A stretch of DNA of 63,953 bases, filler included, from Nemertoderma westbladi (taxonomy: Eukaryota; Animalia; Xenacoelomorpha): the NCBI GenBank assembly GCA_032718475.1. It is 4 parts of 4 records of this genome, joined end to end, with 100 filler letters (N's around TTAATTAATTAA, not from the genome) between each part and the next. Parts side by side here need not be neighbours in the genome. Positions count along the whole stretch, not along the records: positions 22,839 to 50,307 come from JAUCBJ010002747.1; 3 more parts are not named here. One strand, written 5' to 3'. The notes beneath the pieces were generated by a model that did not search any database, was not told the DNA's origin, and worked only from the letters and a program-made list of their open reading frames with translations. Each line of letters starts with the position of its first letter. Within the stretch, counting starts at the first letter, position 1. This document shows, piece after piece, positions 23,900-34,822 of the stretch. A program made the translations under genes and the position numbers.

Positions 23900-26723
23900 T
23901 TTTTTCCCTTTCACGAAACTGCAATTCACATCTCCTTTCATCCCTCCAATTGGTGTGTCTTTGTGTTCAACACAGCCAGGTCAGTTCGTTCCTGTCCCAT
24001 AGTGGCACTCAGCTAGGAGTTTGTGGTCGGTCCCTGGCATCCACAGACTCCCACCGCTTCTTCTACAGCAGCAGCTCAGCCTCAATGTCCGTGGAAAACC
24101 CCAGACCACGCAACTATCCACCTAAGTAAAAGTCAACACACTCTTCGATGTCATCGAAGGTGTTGTTAATAACATGGATCATAAGCAGCGACGCCATCAG
24201 CAGAGCCTGCTTCGTGATCTAGCTGAAGCGCTCCTCTATCAGTGCAACAGCACCTTCCTAGAAAATGAAATATACATTATGATTCGGAGGTGGTCACAAG
24301 CTGTGGAGACATCTGGATTTGCGCGATGCATATTGCATTGCTTCATCTTTGTGCGTGGCTTCCATAGTGGTTCTCCGAGTGCCTTCTCCTCAGCATCTAA
24401 CAATTTGTCGAACTGCATAGAGTGCCTGCATGTCTTTTAGAACCTTCACCACAGTATCAACGTGTATCATACACTCCACCACTCACCAGGTCGATGTCTA
24501 TGACTTGCAGTTTCTCCAACAATGGATTAGTTTTAGTTAGCTCAGACTCCAGGATGTTTCCAGTGAGGACATACCGGTACTCGAGGTCCTCGAGCAGATT
24601 GGTATACTTATGGGCATTGCTGCCACAATCACTGCCCGACATGCTGATCTCCTCTAATACATCCTCTAAGACATTGAAGAATGCTGCAACCGAATTTATT
24701 GCAGTTGCAGCTGCACGGATTGACTGCAACTCACAGGCCTCCTGTACAGCCAAGCCAAGTTCAGGTTGTGCGCTGCACAGTGCACATAGATGGCGAGTGT
24801 CTGTCTGTGCTTCTCCCTAATCAGCGATTGTACACCTTTAAACTGACCCAGCATGGTCGATACACCATCTTACCCAAGTTCCACCATTTGAGTGTTGATA
24901 CCCAGCTGTTCCACAGTCTTCATAAATGACTCAGCCACAGCAGCGCCTCTGCATGAACTGAGGTGCACAAAGCAAAGAAACTTCTCGTGCACCATGTATT
25001 TCCCATCAACAAATCGCACGCAGACTGACATCTGCTCCTTGGAGCTCACATCCGACGTCTCATCAGCCAGCAGAGCAAAGTAGCCGGATTGGTTGACCTC
25101 GCCGATGAGCTCCTTGGTGAGGACTCTGGCCATGGCGTGAATTAGCTCATTCTGAGATTCAGAACCAGTGTATCTTGCATTGCTGGGACCTGAAGTCAGG
25201 TGCTTCCGGAGGACTGGGATATGTTTGGCCAGAAGCTGCAACTGTGCAACATAGTTACCACGACTGTAATCAATCGAGCCATCCTCACAGACTTTGATTG
25301 TACCAGAATCATATGTCCACGAAGTGGCAGTCCAAGTTGAGTCAAGAACTCTATCGGCTCCACAACACACTGCAGTCATTTGCGGTTGTCCATCACTAGG
25401 TGTCTCAGCTGCTTGTCCAACAGTTGGGCGACATTCGAACTAGACATGAATGCATCTGCCAAGACAACTGAGTGCTTTGCATGGTATTCCAATGTCAGAT
25501 GATTTTTCATCTTCTTTGTTTTGTCGTAAGAAGTGAACCCGGAGGTGACGAAGGTGTCAATGGACTGTCCACCATTGATCCTCAAACCAGGAGGAAGGAA
25601 TAGGACACACAGCCTGCAAATGGCAAAATATTTGTTTTTATGTGTTTAATGCAAATTAAATGTAAAATCAGTACAGGTAATTCGTATAACTTTTAAGGGG
25701 GGGGGGGGGGGGGGGGGGTATTGCATTTTCTGACCAAAAAGTTGACCAAGACATGACATATCCTATCCGATGCAGAATTTCATGCTGAATCCAAATGTGG
25801 AAACCGTTTTCCCTTATCTTGCTTAGTTTTCGAGATATCTGGGATAGAAAATACTGGCTCCAATATATTGCGATATCGGTAAATGCGATGAAGTTTGGGG
25901 TTTGCATTCAATTTCTGCAAATTTCTGTGCTCAGTGGTGCCAATTGGATGTCTCCACGACAAAATTTTAATTGAGAAAGTATTTTTTATGATTAGTGGAC
26001 CTACTGATCAGTTTATAAGACAACTTTAAGTCTCCGGAATAAAGACGGGACTCGAATAAGCGCCTCTGCAGTCTTTGCGGGATTATGCGGAATAGACTTA
26101 TCGGTCATTGGAGACCTTCAAAATGTATAATCTCCAGTTCTAGTGGTCGTACGAAGTAACCTGTGATACCGTAACTATCATCAATCCCAATATTAATAGA
26201 CAAATTTCACTAGAAAGGCCAGTAAGACAAACGAAATGGCCTACACTGTACACTTAAATAAACAAAAACAAATTATTACAAGAAGACATAATCATGGATA
26301 GAACCCAGTACTTTCACATCCTAGTTCAGAGTGAGCTAACTGAGATAAATCACCACATTCAGAACAACAAGAATTTCGAGGCTTCCCCTTTCATACAACC
26401 CTACCTACCTTTATACAGTACAGAGGCAATTTCGTTATAATACTGTAATAGAATAACAGTTAGTTACTATACCAGTATACTAACTTGCAATTAAGACTCC
26501 TTTAAGTTTTGTGGCTGAATAAGCAAAGCAGTCAAACTGGCCCGTAAGGTAGCAGCGGGAGAGGAAGCGTGGTCGGATACCATTGGGAGTTGGGACGGCG
26601 GGATTTGTCCTGCTTCATGATCTTCGGGTATTCGTAGTCCACCAGCGGCACCCAGCTGTCATTTAAGAAACGCTGCCATTCCATGGCGTCTAGTCGCCCA
26701 TGTGAAGAATACCAGGATTTCAC
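23900..26723 (-). pseudogene. Decayed hAT transposase (ZMYM1/THAP12-like, DUF4371 type) with frameshifts and stops
   Basis: LPLRGH, RGNY, NARYTGSESQNELI, YFALLADETSDVSSKEQMSVCVRFV and HEKFLCFV. C-terminal TMGQERTDLAVLN dimerisation motif. N-terminal TTF-type zinc finger remnant (AYS...GV.CKLCVLF). Confidence 0.88.
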
Positions 26724-28558
26724 TTATCGGTCGACTTTTTATTGGAATTTTATATATGAAGATTTTTTATTTTTTTTAATTTATCTTTAGCCTATTAAGT
26801 GTTTTATAGCGCTTATTTCTGTCTTATAACCTGTACATATACTAATTCGTTTATTGTTTTTCAGCCCTTCTGTAACCTGTAGTTTTGGTGAAAACCTGGT
26901 ATTCTTCACATGGGGGTACCTGCAAAGTGAAATATAACGGCAGAAAGTCTGGTATTCTTCACATGGGCCCGTCTAGTTTCCTATCAACACCCATTTCGAC
27001 CGCAAAACCGATGTAATTGCAGTCGACAATGGGCAAGGCTGGCAGGAGTGGACTGGTCCGTGGTCATGGTCGCACGGGACAGAGCGGGCAACGTCGATGT
27101 TTCACTCAATGTAGCCTGTCGCTTATTCGACTTGCCGAACATAGCACGCAAGTCACAGGATCACTTGTTACTCATGTTGCAACTTACAAGATAAACTTAT
27201 CAGCAGAATTTCAGAATACCGGTAATAATATTTTTGAAATTAATAATAATTATTACAGAATATCATATACCGGTATCAATTTTATGGCTATAGATATTTA
27301 ATAGGCCTAAATTAAAATTAAAAGGAAAATAAATCAAACCATTCATAATTATTAGGCCTATATGCTACATATTATTTGGACTGTGTGGACTTTTTTAATA
27401 TATTAATTAAATAAAAGTTGAAACCATGAAATATGATAATAATATTAATTTCGTACAGTATTATGTAATAAATAAGCTATTCTAATAAACTATTCCTTCA
27501 TTCATTCATTGTTAAAATCTTTCCATGAATTTGTATACAATAAATCACGTGTATTGCGTATTGGTGTACAGTATGCAGTAGACCCAGGACCACCCTGCTG
27601 TTTAGTGTTTAATAATATAAGTGGCGAGGCGATACAATAAATAGAAAATAAATAAAAAATATAATAAAAGAGTCACCCCTGAATCTACCCGCAGTACTGT
27701 GACTGTGGTAATAATATAAAAGGGTGTAGCTGTAAAATGTACAGGAAGTATCTGAATATGACTTCTTACAACCTACAAGGGTATTATAACTGGTTGTTAT
27801 AGATAGATAGATTTATTTATATATTATGCAAACAATATAAACCAATACATTAACTCAGTAAAATTATTAATGTATAGTAATTATTGTCCAACATAACATA
27901 AAGGATAACCCCTAAAGCTTTGCAGCTTATTTCCAAGGGGGTCCTTCAAGTTACTTGGTTACCAATACAAACTAAACTAACTACTGTATATAGAATAATT
28001 ATATAATTACAATGTTACTCCAACAAGACAAGCTATGCAATAGCCAATCAAGCTTTCCAATATCCAATCATGTTGGTCAGTGTGCCCAGATAATATTACA
28101 TCATTTCATTATTACATCAGAGTGCCTATCTTTCTATCTTTCATTGGTATATTGAACCCTACTTGACAGGCAAGGCACAGTGACATTGTGTGTCCAAAGC
28201 AGAGTAACCAAGGCAGATAGATACCAGTGGGTGCCCTCCTGCAGTGGTCAATTAGGCTCCATTTCCTTGCATTACATTACAGAGATACAGACTATTAAAC
28301 TGGTGGAGAGATATAATGTAAGCAATAAGCTGGCTTTCTAAAAACTTTGTATGATATGAGTGGGATTTATCATGGGAGGGATGCCTGAGGGAGGGTATTG
28401 GTAATGTGGCTGGGGCTACAACAGCTTGATGGGGTATGGTCTCCTTTATACTACTTATTTTATTTGGCAACATGCCTGGGATAATGCGGATTGTATTTGG
28501 TCTGTGATCTGGCTCCTTCCTAATGCAACTTCAACTTCGAACAACGTAATTTTTATAA

Positions 28559-30136
28559 TTAGGAACCGAGAGGTTCATTACTGTAAGAATTGTTGGCTGA
28601 TTGATTGACTGGCTGGTTAATCTATAGCCAAAACTACTCTAACGATTTTGATGAAATTTTCACAGCGGCTGGATACCGCGATTCTAAGGTCCCTGGTATG
28701 TTCCGCTATTTCGTCCATGAGCCGTGGGCTCGAAAAATAGACATAAACGAAAAAACGCCATAGGCGCAATGGTAAAATAACACCAATGACAGCTGGTGTC
28801 CTGATGAAAAATGGTTTATGTAATGCATTTCTACACAAGGCTTAGTAATAAATCGATGAGGTTGCCAAGATTATTATACTTAGTACACCCATACTGTTTG
28901 TTTAGGCCCTGCACTCTCTGTCAAAGCAAATATTAACTGGTTGATTTAGTTTGTGGTTCTACACAGGCTTAGTATAAATCGATGAGGCTGCCAACTGCAA
29001 TCTATTACCGCCTCAGCTGAATAACTCTTCCCCCTGCTGAATGACTATTAGGTATACAGTGTATCGGCTACATTAATGCCAACATTAATACTGTGGAGGC
29101 TGTATGCTTATAAGGTGGAATGTTTACTCAGCCTTATACTGATACTCTGTAAGGCTAAGACCAACATTATTGCAAAATGTTTTATTGTTGGATTACTCTC
29201 TGTCAGTCTCCCCTTCAGAACATTGTATAGGCAATTTAGTTTAGTTTACTCTACTGTGCCATTCAGCTGAATGGATTTGAGCAATTGCCAAGTTACAGAG
29301 TTGGATCATTCTCTGACCATAGGCAAAGACATCAAATCTTTTTAAAAAGATACTTTTTCCATGTTTTTTTTTCTGACCAAAAATTTAAAAAAAAAAATTT
29401 TGTAGCCAGTACTGCCAATCGATTCGCCATCAAAAATAACGCAAAAAATTTTTTTTGCAAAATTTGAAATTACTGTAAATTTTTGGGGACTGGGGGGGGT
29501 CAATTTTTTTCAATCCGCTATAACTTCGGAACGCTTTGTCCAAATTCGATGGGGTTTTTATTTTTCAACTTAATTCGACGTCCTCTTTCAGCCTATCCAT
29601 TTTTCGAAACCCCAAACAGCACCGTTCAAAAATTAATTTTTTCTAGTTCTAGAATTTTACAAATTTCAAAAAAGTTGCAGTATTTTATTAACGCCTTTAC
29701 GGAATTTGATTGCGTTTTCGATTTTTATATTAAACGCAATATCCTGAATCTCACTAGCCTAGTTTCGCGTCACCAATGCCAAGACTTCATACTTTTAGAG
29801 GAAAATTTTTCTAGAATAATTTTTATTTAATTACATTTATCGCGATTTCTTATTACTGGTTGCACATGAATTGATGGAGTTTTCAATTTATTAACTAAAC
29901 ACGATATCGCGCATCGCACTAGCGTGGTTTCGAAATTCCAAAACGAGGTCTTCACTAGTTGCATGTCGTTTTTGTTCTAGAATTGAGCAACTTATAATAG
30001 ATTGAATTTATTAATAATTATTGTATGAAATATGATTGTATTTTTACATAATGATTAGTTCTATACTAATTCTCGTTGTCTCTTTTATTTAAAATAAAAA
30101 GTCGGTTCCTTATCGGGCCGCTAGGCCCGTCACTAG
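28559..30136 (+). mobile_element. Non-autonomous Helitron-like element, subfamily A, probably with an internal insertion at about 29320-29960
   Basis: 5' A|TTAGGAACCGA. 3' TCGGTTCCT, then hairpin CGGGCCGCTAGGCCCG, then CACTAG|T. Internal blocks are shared with subfamily B (CTCTAACGATTTTGATGAAATTTT; CGCCATAGGCGCAATG; TGCCAACATTAATACTGTGGAGGCTGTATGC). Confidence 0.75.
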
Positions 30137-31233
30137 TTAGCAAGTCGTTAGACTTGATTACTGTAAGAAAAAAAGGCTACTGGCTACTGGCTACTGACTA
30201 CTGACCTAGAGCAAAAACGGCTCTAACGATTTTGATGAAATTTTGCATGGACCATGAAAATGGATTTCTAAGGGTACTTGTGAAATCGCGGTTTAAATTG
30301 AAACATCTCAACTTGTTTTATTTCGAAAAATAGCCCCAAAACACTAAAATCGCCATAGGCGCAATGATAAAACACCAGCTGGCACTCATGAAAAATGTAT
30401 AGAGATGGCCTGGTAATGCATTCAATAGGAAGGGCAACTAACAAAGAAGTACTTTGTGTGCCAAGTTTTATTATCACTCTATTCTACAACCCAGACAGTA
30501 ATCAAACAAAACATTAACTGGTTTAGCTGGCTATTGCAGTCTCAGCTGAATAACTCTTCCCAATGCATCCTTGTTATGTTAATTAATTGGCGTGCAAGCT
30601 AAATGACTGTTAGTTATTACACAGTGTGTTGGCTACTATTGATTGTACTGTACTGTCATCTAATTATTGTTTTATTTTGAAATCTTTGTGCCAACATTAA
30701 TACTGTGGAGGCTGTATGCTTATAAGGCTGAATGTTTACTCAGCCTCATAATGATTCTCCATAAGGCTAACATTATAGTTTGAAATTTAAAAATCTGTTA
30801 TAATAATAATATAAATGTTGTAAATTGTTAATCGCGGTTTACATTGAAACATCTCAACTTGTTTTATTTATTACAAAAATAAGAACGAATTTGTCTTATC
30901 ACTTCTTTTGCGCGATTGTATATTGAATTCATGGCAACTGCTGTTATTATTATTAAACAACGACTCGACTACTCTAACTCTCTGACTACTCTATCCGATA
31001 GAACAAAATAATAATTTCGCTAACTGCTCTCTATCTTCAATAATCACAACAGCTTTTATAATTCATTAGATGATTACAACATAATAATTATAGTTTGAAG
31101 TTGTCTAGAAAATTTCTCGTACACCACCAGGACTACCCTCACACTAATTGATTATCAGACAGAACAAAAAGCTTTTACTTGACTCGTACTGTCTCCTACG
31201 ACTTGCTTCACGGGCCGCTAGGCCCGTCTCTAG
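30137..31233 (+). mobile_element. Non-autonomous Helitron-like element, subfamily B, 1.1 kb
   Basis: 5' TTAGCAAGTCGT. 3' ACGACTTGCT, then hairpin CGGGCCGCTAGGCCCG, then CTCTAG|T. A near-identical inverted copy at 46090-47187 defines both ends. Confidence 0.88.
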
Positions 31234-31330
31234 TATTTATTATAGGAAGGGATATTATTATATTCGATTTATTGCATTTATGTCATTATAATTTTTTTAA
31301 TTTATTAATAATTAATTATTTTAATCATTA

Positions 31331-31397
31331 CTACTACTACTACTAGGTCGAGCGAACTCGGACAGTGGAAATGAGATCCTTCCAGGCTTCCCGATTC
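31331..31397 (-). mobile_element. 67-bp extreme 5'-truncated copy of RTE family 2
   Basis: Matches about 17964-18028. TSD TTTTAATCATTA at 31319-31330 and 31398-31409. Confidence 0.9.
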
Positions 31398-33124
31398 TTT
31401 TAATCATTAATATATTAATTATATTATTAATTATATTAATTATTTTTAATTACGGAACTTGACAATGGCAAAATGCTCTCAGAGCTGAGCTAGTGTAAGT
31501 TGAAATCTCCATGGTAGAGTCCCAGGACCTTGGGACCCTACCCTCGCTGTCTCTATGCTAGTGATTGTCAAGGCAGCAAGGAATCGAACAGGGGCCTCCT
31601 TATTGGAAGCTCATGCAGCCAGGAATGTCGCCACTAGACCATGCAGCTGCTTGAAAATAACAACTAATTGTAGTAAATTGCGGTTTTTAGTAGAACCGAT
31701 TTATTCATGTTACTGAAAAATTATTTACCATATATCAAAATATAACATTTTTAAACTATGAAATTGCTTAAATTATAACAACAATGCGAAAGATCCAAAT
31801 TTGAAGTTTGAATTTAATCCATGTATTGGTTGTGGGTTCAAATCCTACTCAGTGTAGGATATTTTTACCGAGATGTACCAGTACAGCAGTACCTAATTGA
31901 TAGGTAGGCTGTGTGAGTTTAGAACCTAACTGAACCTGACTGAGGTTCTGATGACGTGAGTTGAGTTGTCACTGCCTGATCACCAGTCTGCCAGTAGCAC
32001 GGGCTATCAAATATTAATTGGGCAAACAATTAATTGCAATTAATTGACCCAATTAATTGATTGGTGATTTCAAAATAATCGGATGATTTATTGGGACATG
32101 CAATTAATTGGATAATTGACTGCTCTGGAAGCAATTATCCAATTAATTGCAACCATCACTGATCGCCCAACCCAATCAATTATCCAATTATTATTTATCA
32201 ATTCTACAGTAGAAAGTTAGCCAGCACCCAGCAGCATCAGTAATACTTACCATTTTACTGTAGGCTACATTGCTTACTATACAGTTCATGAACCAGTACA
32301 CAAACACAATGAAAAATAAACTTTCATCAGTATCAGTCTTATTTGCAGCATTAGGCCTACCCCTGTTGAGGAATGAAGATTAATTACAGTAAGAAAAAAT
32401 ACAGAACTATTTCTTCGCGAGTGTTTTGGTGTGAACACCTAACTACACAAGGTCTCAAGCAATGTGTCTTTTTTTTCGCTGCAGTATTTGTATTACCATA
32501 TTATAATGCTGTTCATGAACAGTGAACAAGAGGACTAACGTGTTTCAGGGCCTCCACCTGTACTGTACCGTACCGTACCAAGTACTGTAGGTAGTTGTAC
32601 AGTAGTACTGGTGCAGTGTTCTGTAACCTGCTCCTTTCCCTCAAATGGTAAAGTGGCCGTTTATTGTTTGGGTTAGAAAAGCCTGCCTCTGTAAACTGCT
32701 CCTTTCCATCAATTGGTTTATGACTGTATGACATGTGTTACTTATATTAGGCCTACAGTATTACTGTATTATGTGGAGGCCCCCAAACACATTAATCCCA
32801 ACAATAGTAATGAGCAAAGAGGGTCTGCATTTCCTATTGTAATTTTGTAGCAGGTGATGACAGTACGGTACTTCAGAATGTATGCACTTTGTTTGTTACT
32901 TCATAGTTCATCGTAATCAATCGGATAAATGTTGTTTCTATAAACCAGTTCGTTGTTAGTTACATTTAGGCCTACTCTACTTTGATTTTAAATATAGGAA
33001 TTATATATAATTCAGAATTTTTAACAGTTTTCTTCAATTCACTCTGCATAAAATATAGTTATACTATAGCTTGTCTGTGCCTCGGAGTTTAATAGTTTTA
33101 AAAGTGTTATACTTCGATAAAGAA

Positions 33125-34822
33125 ATGGCCCAACAAGATTACAGCCAATATCAAATGCCACCCACAGGTGGCCCCCCTGTTGGTTATTATGGGTATGGTC
33201 AGCAAGATGGACAACAATACGCACAAACTGCTACAGCTATTCAACAGCAGCAACCAGCAGCTCCTGCTTATGGCGCCACCACCCAGCAGGCCTATGCCTC
33301 TTACGGAGAACCGGGAGCTCAGCAGTACTACAGTACAACCCCAGCCCAGCCCCAGGGTACCAGTCAAGAGCAGCCTACCCAGACTTATGGAGCTAGTGCT
33401 ATGGCTGGTTATGGGCAAACTGCAAGCGCGGCACCTGTGCCATCCTACAATAACAGCAATGGTTCATCAGGCTATGGTGAACAGCATTCAACTGGCAATG
33501 CTTCATCTGGACAACAAGGTGTCAGTGCATATGGCAATGCTAGTTATGGGTATGGTGGATCTAGTGGTGGTAGTACTGCTCAAGATGGAGGTGCTGGGGG
33601 ATATGGTCAACAGCAACACACTGGTGGATATGGTGACCCTTCGAAAGGAAGTACCGGTAGTGGATACACACAAGCTGATCGTTATAATCAGACAGGTCAT
33701 GGGCGTGATTCTCAGTCAGGGCAGAGTGGGGGATATGACCAAGCCAAACAATCTGGATATGGGGCACCGCCGGCACAAAGTCAATATGGTCAGACAAAGG
33801 GATATGATCAGTCCAGTCAAAGAGGAAGTTATGATCAATCTGATCAATCTGGTGGTCGAAGTTATTCATCGCGATCCGAATCCAGCAGTGGTGGCTATGG
33901 GCAGTCGGGTGGTGGCGGTGGAGGCTATGGACAGCAACGTGGATCATCTGATAGTTACAGAGGAGGATGGGCTGGTGGTGGAAGGGGTTCTGATAGTTCT
34001 TTTGGCCGTGGAGGCGGTGGTTATGGAGGTGGTGGACGCTCTAATGATTCCTATGGCAGCGATAGAGGTGGTGGTGGAAGAGGTGGTCGGGGTCGTGGTG
34101 GATTTGGTGATGATCGACGAGGTGGTGGAGGAAGAGGTTCCGATTCTGGAAGGTCCTTTGGTGGTGGCAGCGAATTTCCTCGCGGTAAAGGTTACCAGAG
34201 GAGTGGTGGCAACTTTGCACCACTTGGTGAATCAAAAATGGTAACTATGTGGGATTCTATATTTATTCAGGGTATTCCAAAAGATGCGACTGAGATGGAA
34301 TTACAGACACACTTTGGTGGTTTTGGTGGACTGAAGACTGATAAGCGAACTGGTGGTCCTCAAATTATTATCTATAGGGATCATACGAGTGGTGAAAGTA
34401 AAGGAGAGGCGATGATTGGTTTTGACGAATCAGATTCAGCTAAGCAAGCGATTGCGGCATGCAACAATCAGGAGTTCCGACCTGGTAGTGTAATCCAGGT
34501 TGAACACGCTCAGAGAAAAGTAATTCCTGGTGGTCCTGGCGACCGAGGTGGTCGGGGTGGAGGCCGTGGGTTTGGGAGAGGTGGTGGGCGCGGGGGTGGT
34601 TCACAACGCGATGGTGACTGGGTTTGTTCCAATTGCGGAAATGATAATTTTGCATGGAGACAGGAGTGCAACAAATGTCACACTGGGAAATCAGGTGACT
34701 CATCATCGCGTGGGGGTGGAAGGGGTAGAGGTGATCGTGGTGGATTTCGAGGTGGAAGGGGTGGGCGTGGTGGAGAGAGGGGTGGAGGAGGACGTGGTGG
34801 TGACCGATTTCGACCATATTAA
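33125..34822 (+). CDS. FET-family RNA-binding protein (FUS/EWSR1/TAF15/cabeza-like), single-exon CDS, 565 aa from the first ATG
   Basis: QGSY-rich prion-like N-terminus and RGG tracts. RRM with the FET-type loop (KTDKRTG..IIIYRD..SGESKGEA). RanBP2 zinc finger RDGDWVCSNCGNDNFAWRQECNKC. C-terminal PY-NLS (DRFRPY). Confidence 0.95.
   Translation: MAQQDYSQYQMPPTGGPPVGYYGYGQQDGQQYAQTATAIQQQQPAAPAYGATTQQAYASYGEPGAQQYYSTTPAQPQGTSQEQPTQTYGASAMAGYGQTASAAPVPSYNNSNGSSGYGEQHSTGNASSGQQGVSAYGNASYGYGGSSGGSTAQDGGAGGYGQQQHTGGYGDPSKGSTGSGYTQADRYNQTGHGRDSQSGQSGGYDQAKQSGYGAPPAQSQYGQTKGYDQSSQRGSYDQSDQSGGRSYSSRSESSSGGYGQSGGGGGGYGQQRGSSDSYRGGWAGGGRGSDSSFGRGGGGYGGGGRSNDSYGSDRGGGGRGGRGRGGFGDDRRGGGGRGSDSGRSFGGGSEFPRGKGYQRSGGNFAPLGESKMVTMWDSIFIQGIPKDATEMELQTHFGGFGGLKTDKRTGGPQIIIYRDHTSGESKGEAMIGFDESDSAKQAIAACNNQEFRPGSVIQVEHAQRKVIPGGPGDRGGRGGGRGFGRGGGRGGGSQRDGDWVCSNCGNDNFAWRQECNKCHTGKSGDSSSRGGGRGRGDRGGFRGGRGGRGGERGGGGRGGDRFRPY

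Noticed and set aside
30268-30477. Identical 69-aa ORF at two loci (also 46847-47056)
   Set aside because: It is a by-product of the duplicated non-autonomous element, starts at GTG, and shows no coding signature.
33071-33124. N-terminal extension of the FET ORF from a TTG start
   Set aside because: The ORF track allows bacterial-style starts. The first ATG, in good context (GAAATGG), is at 33125.
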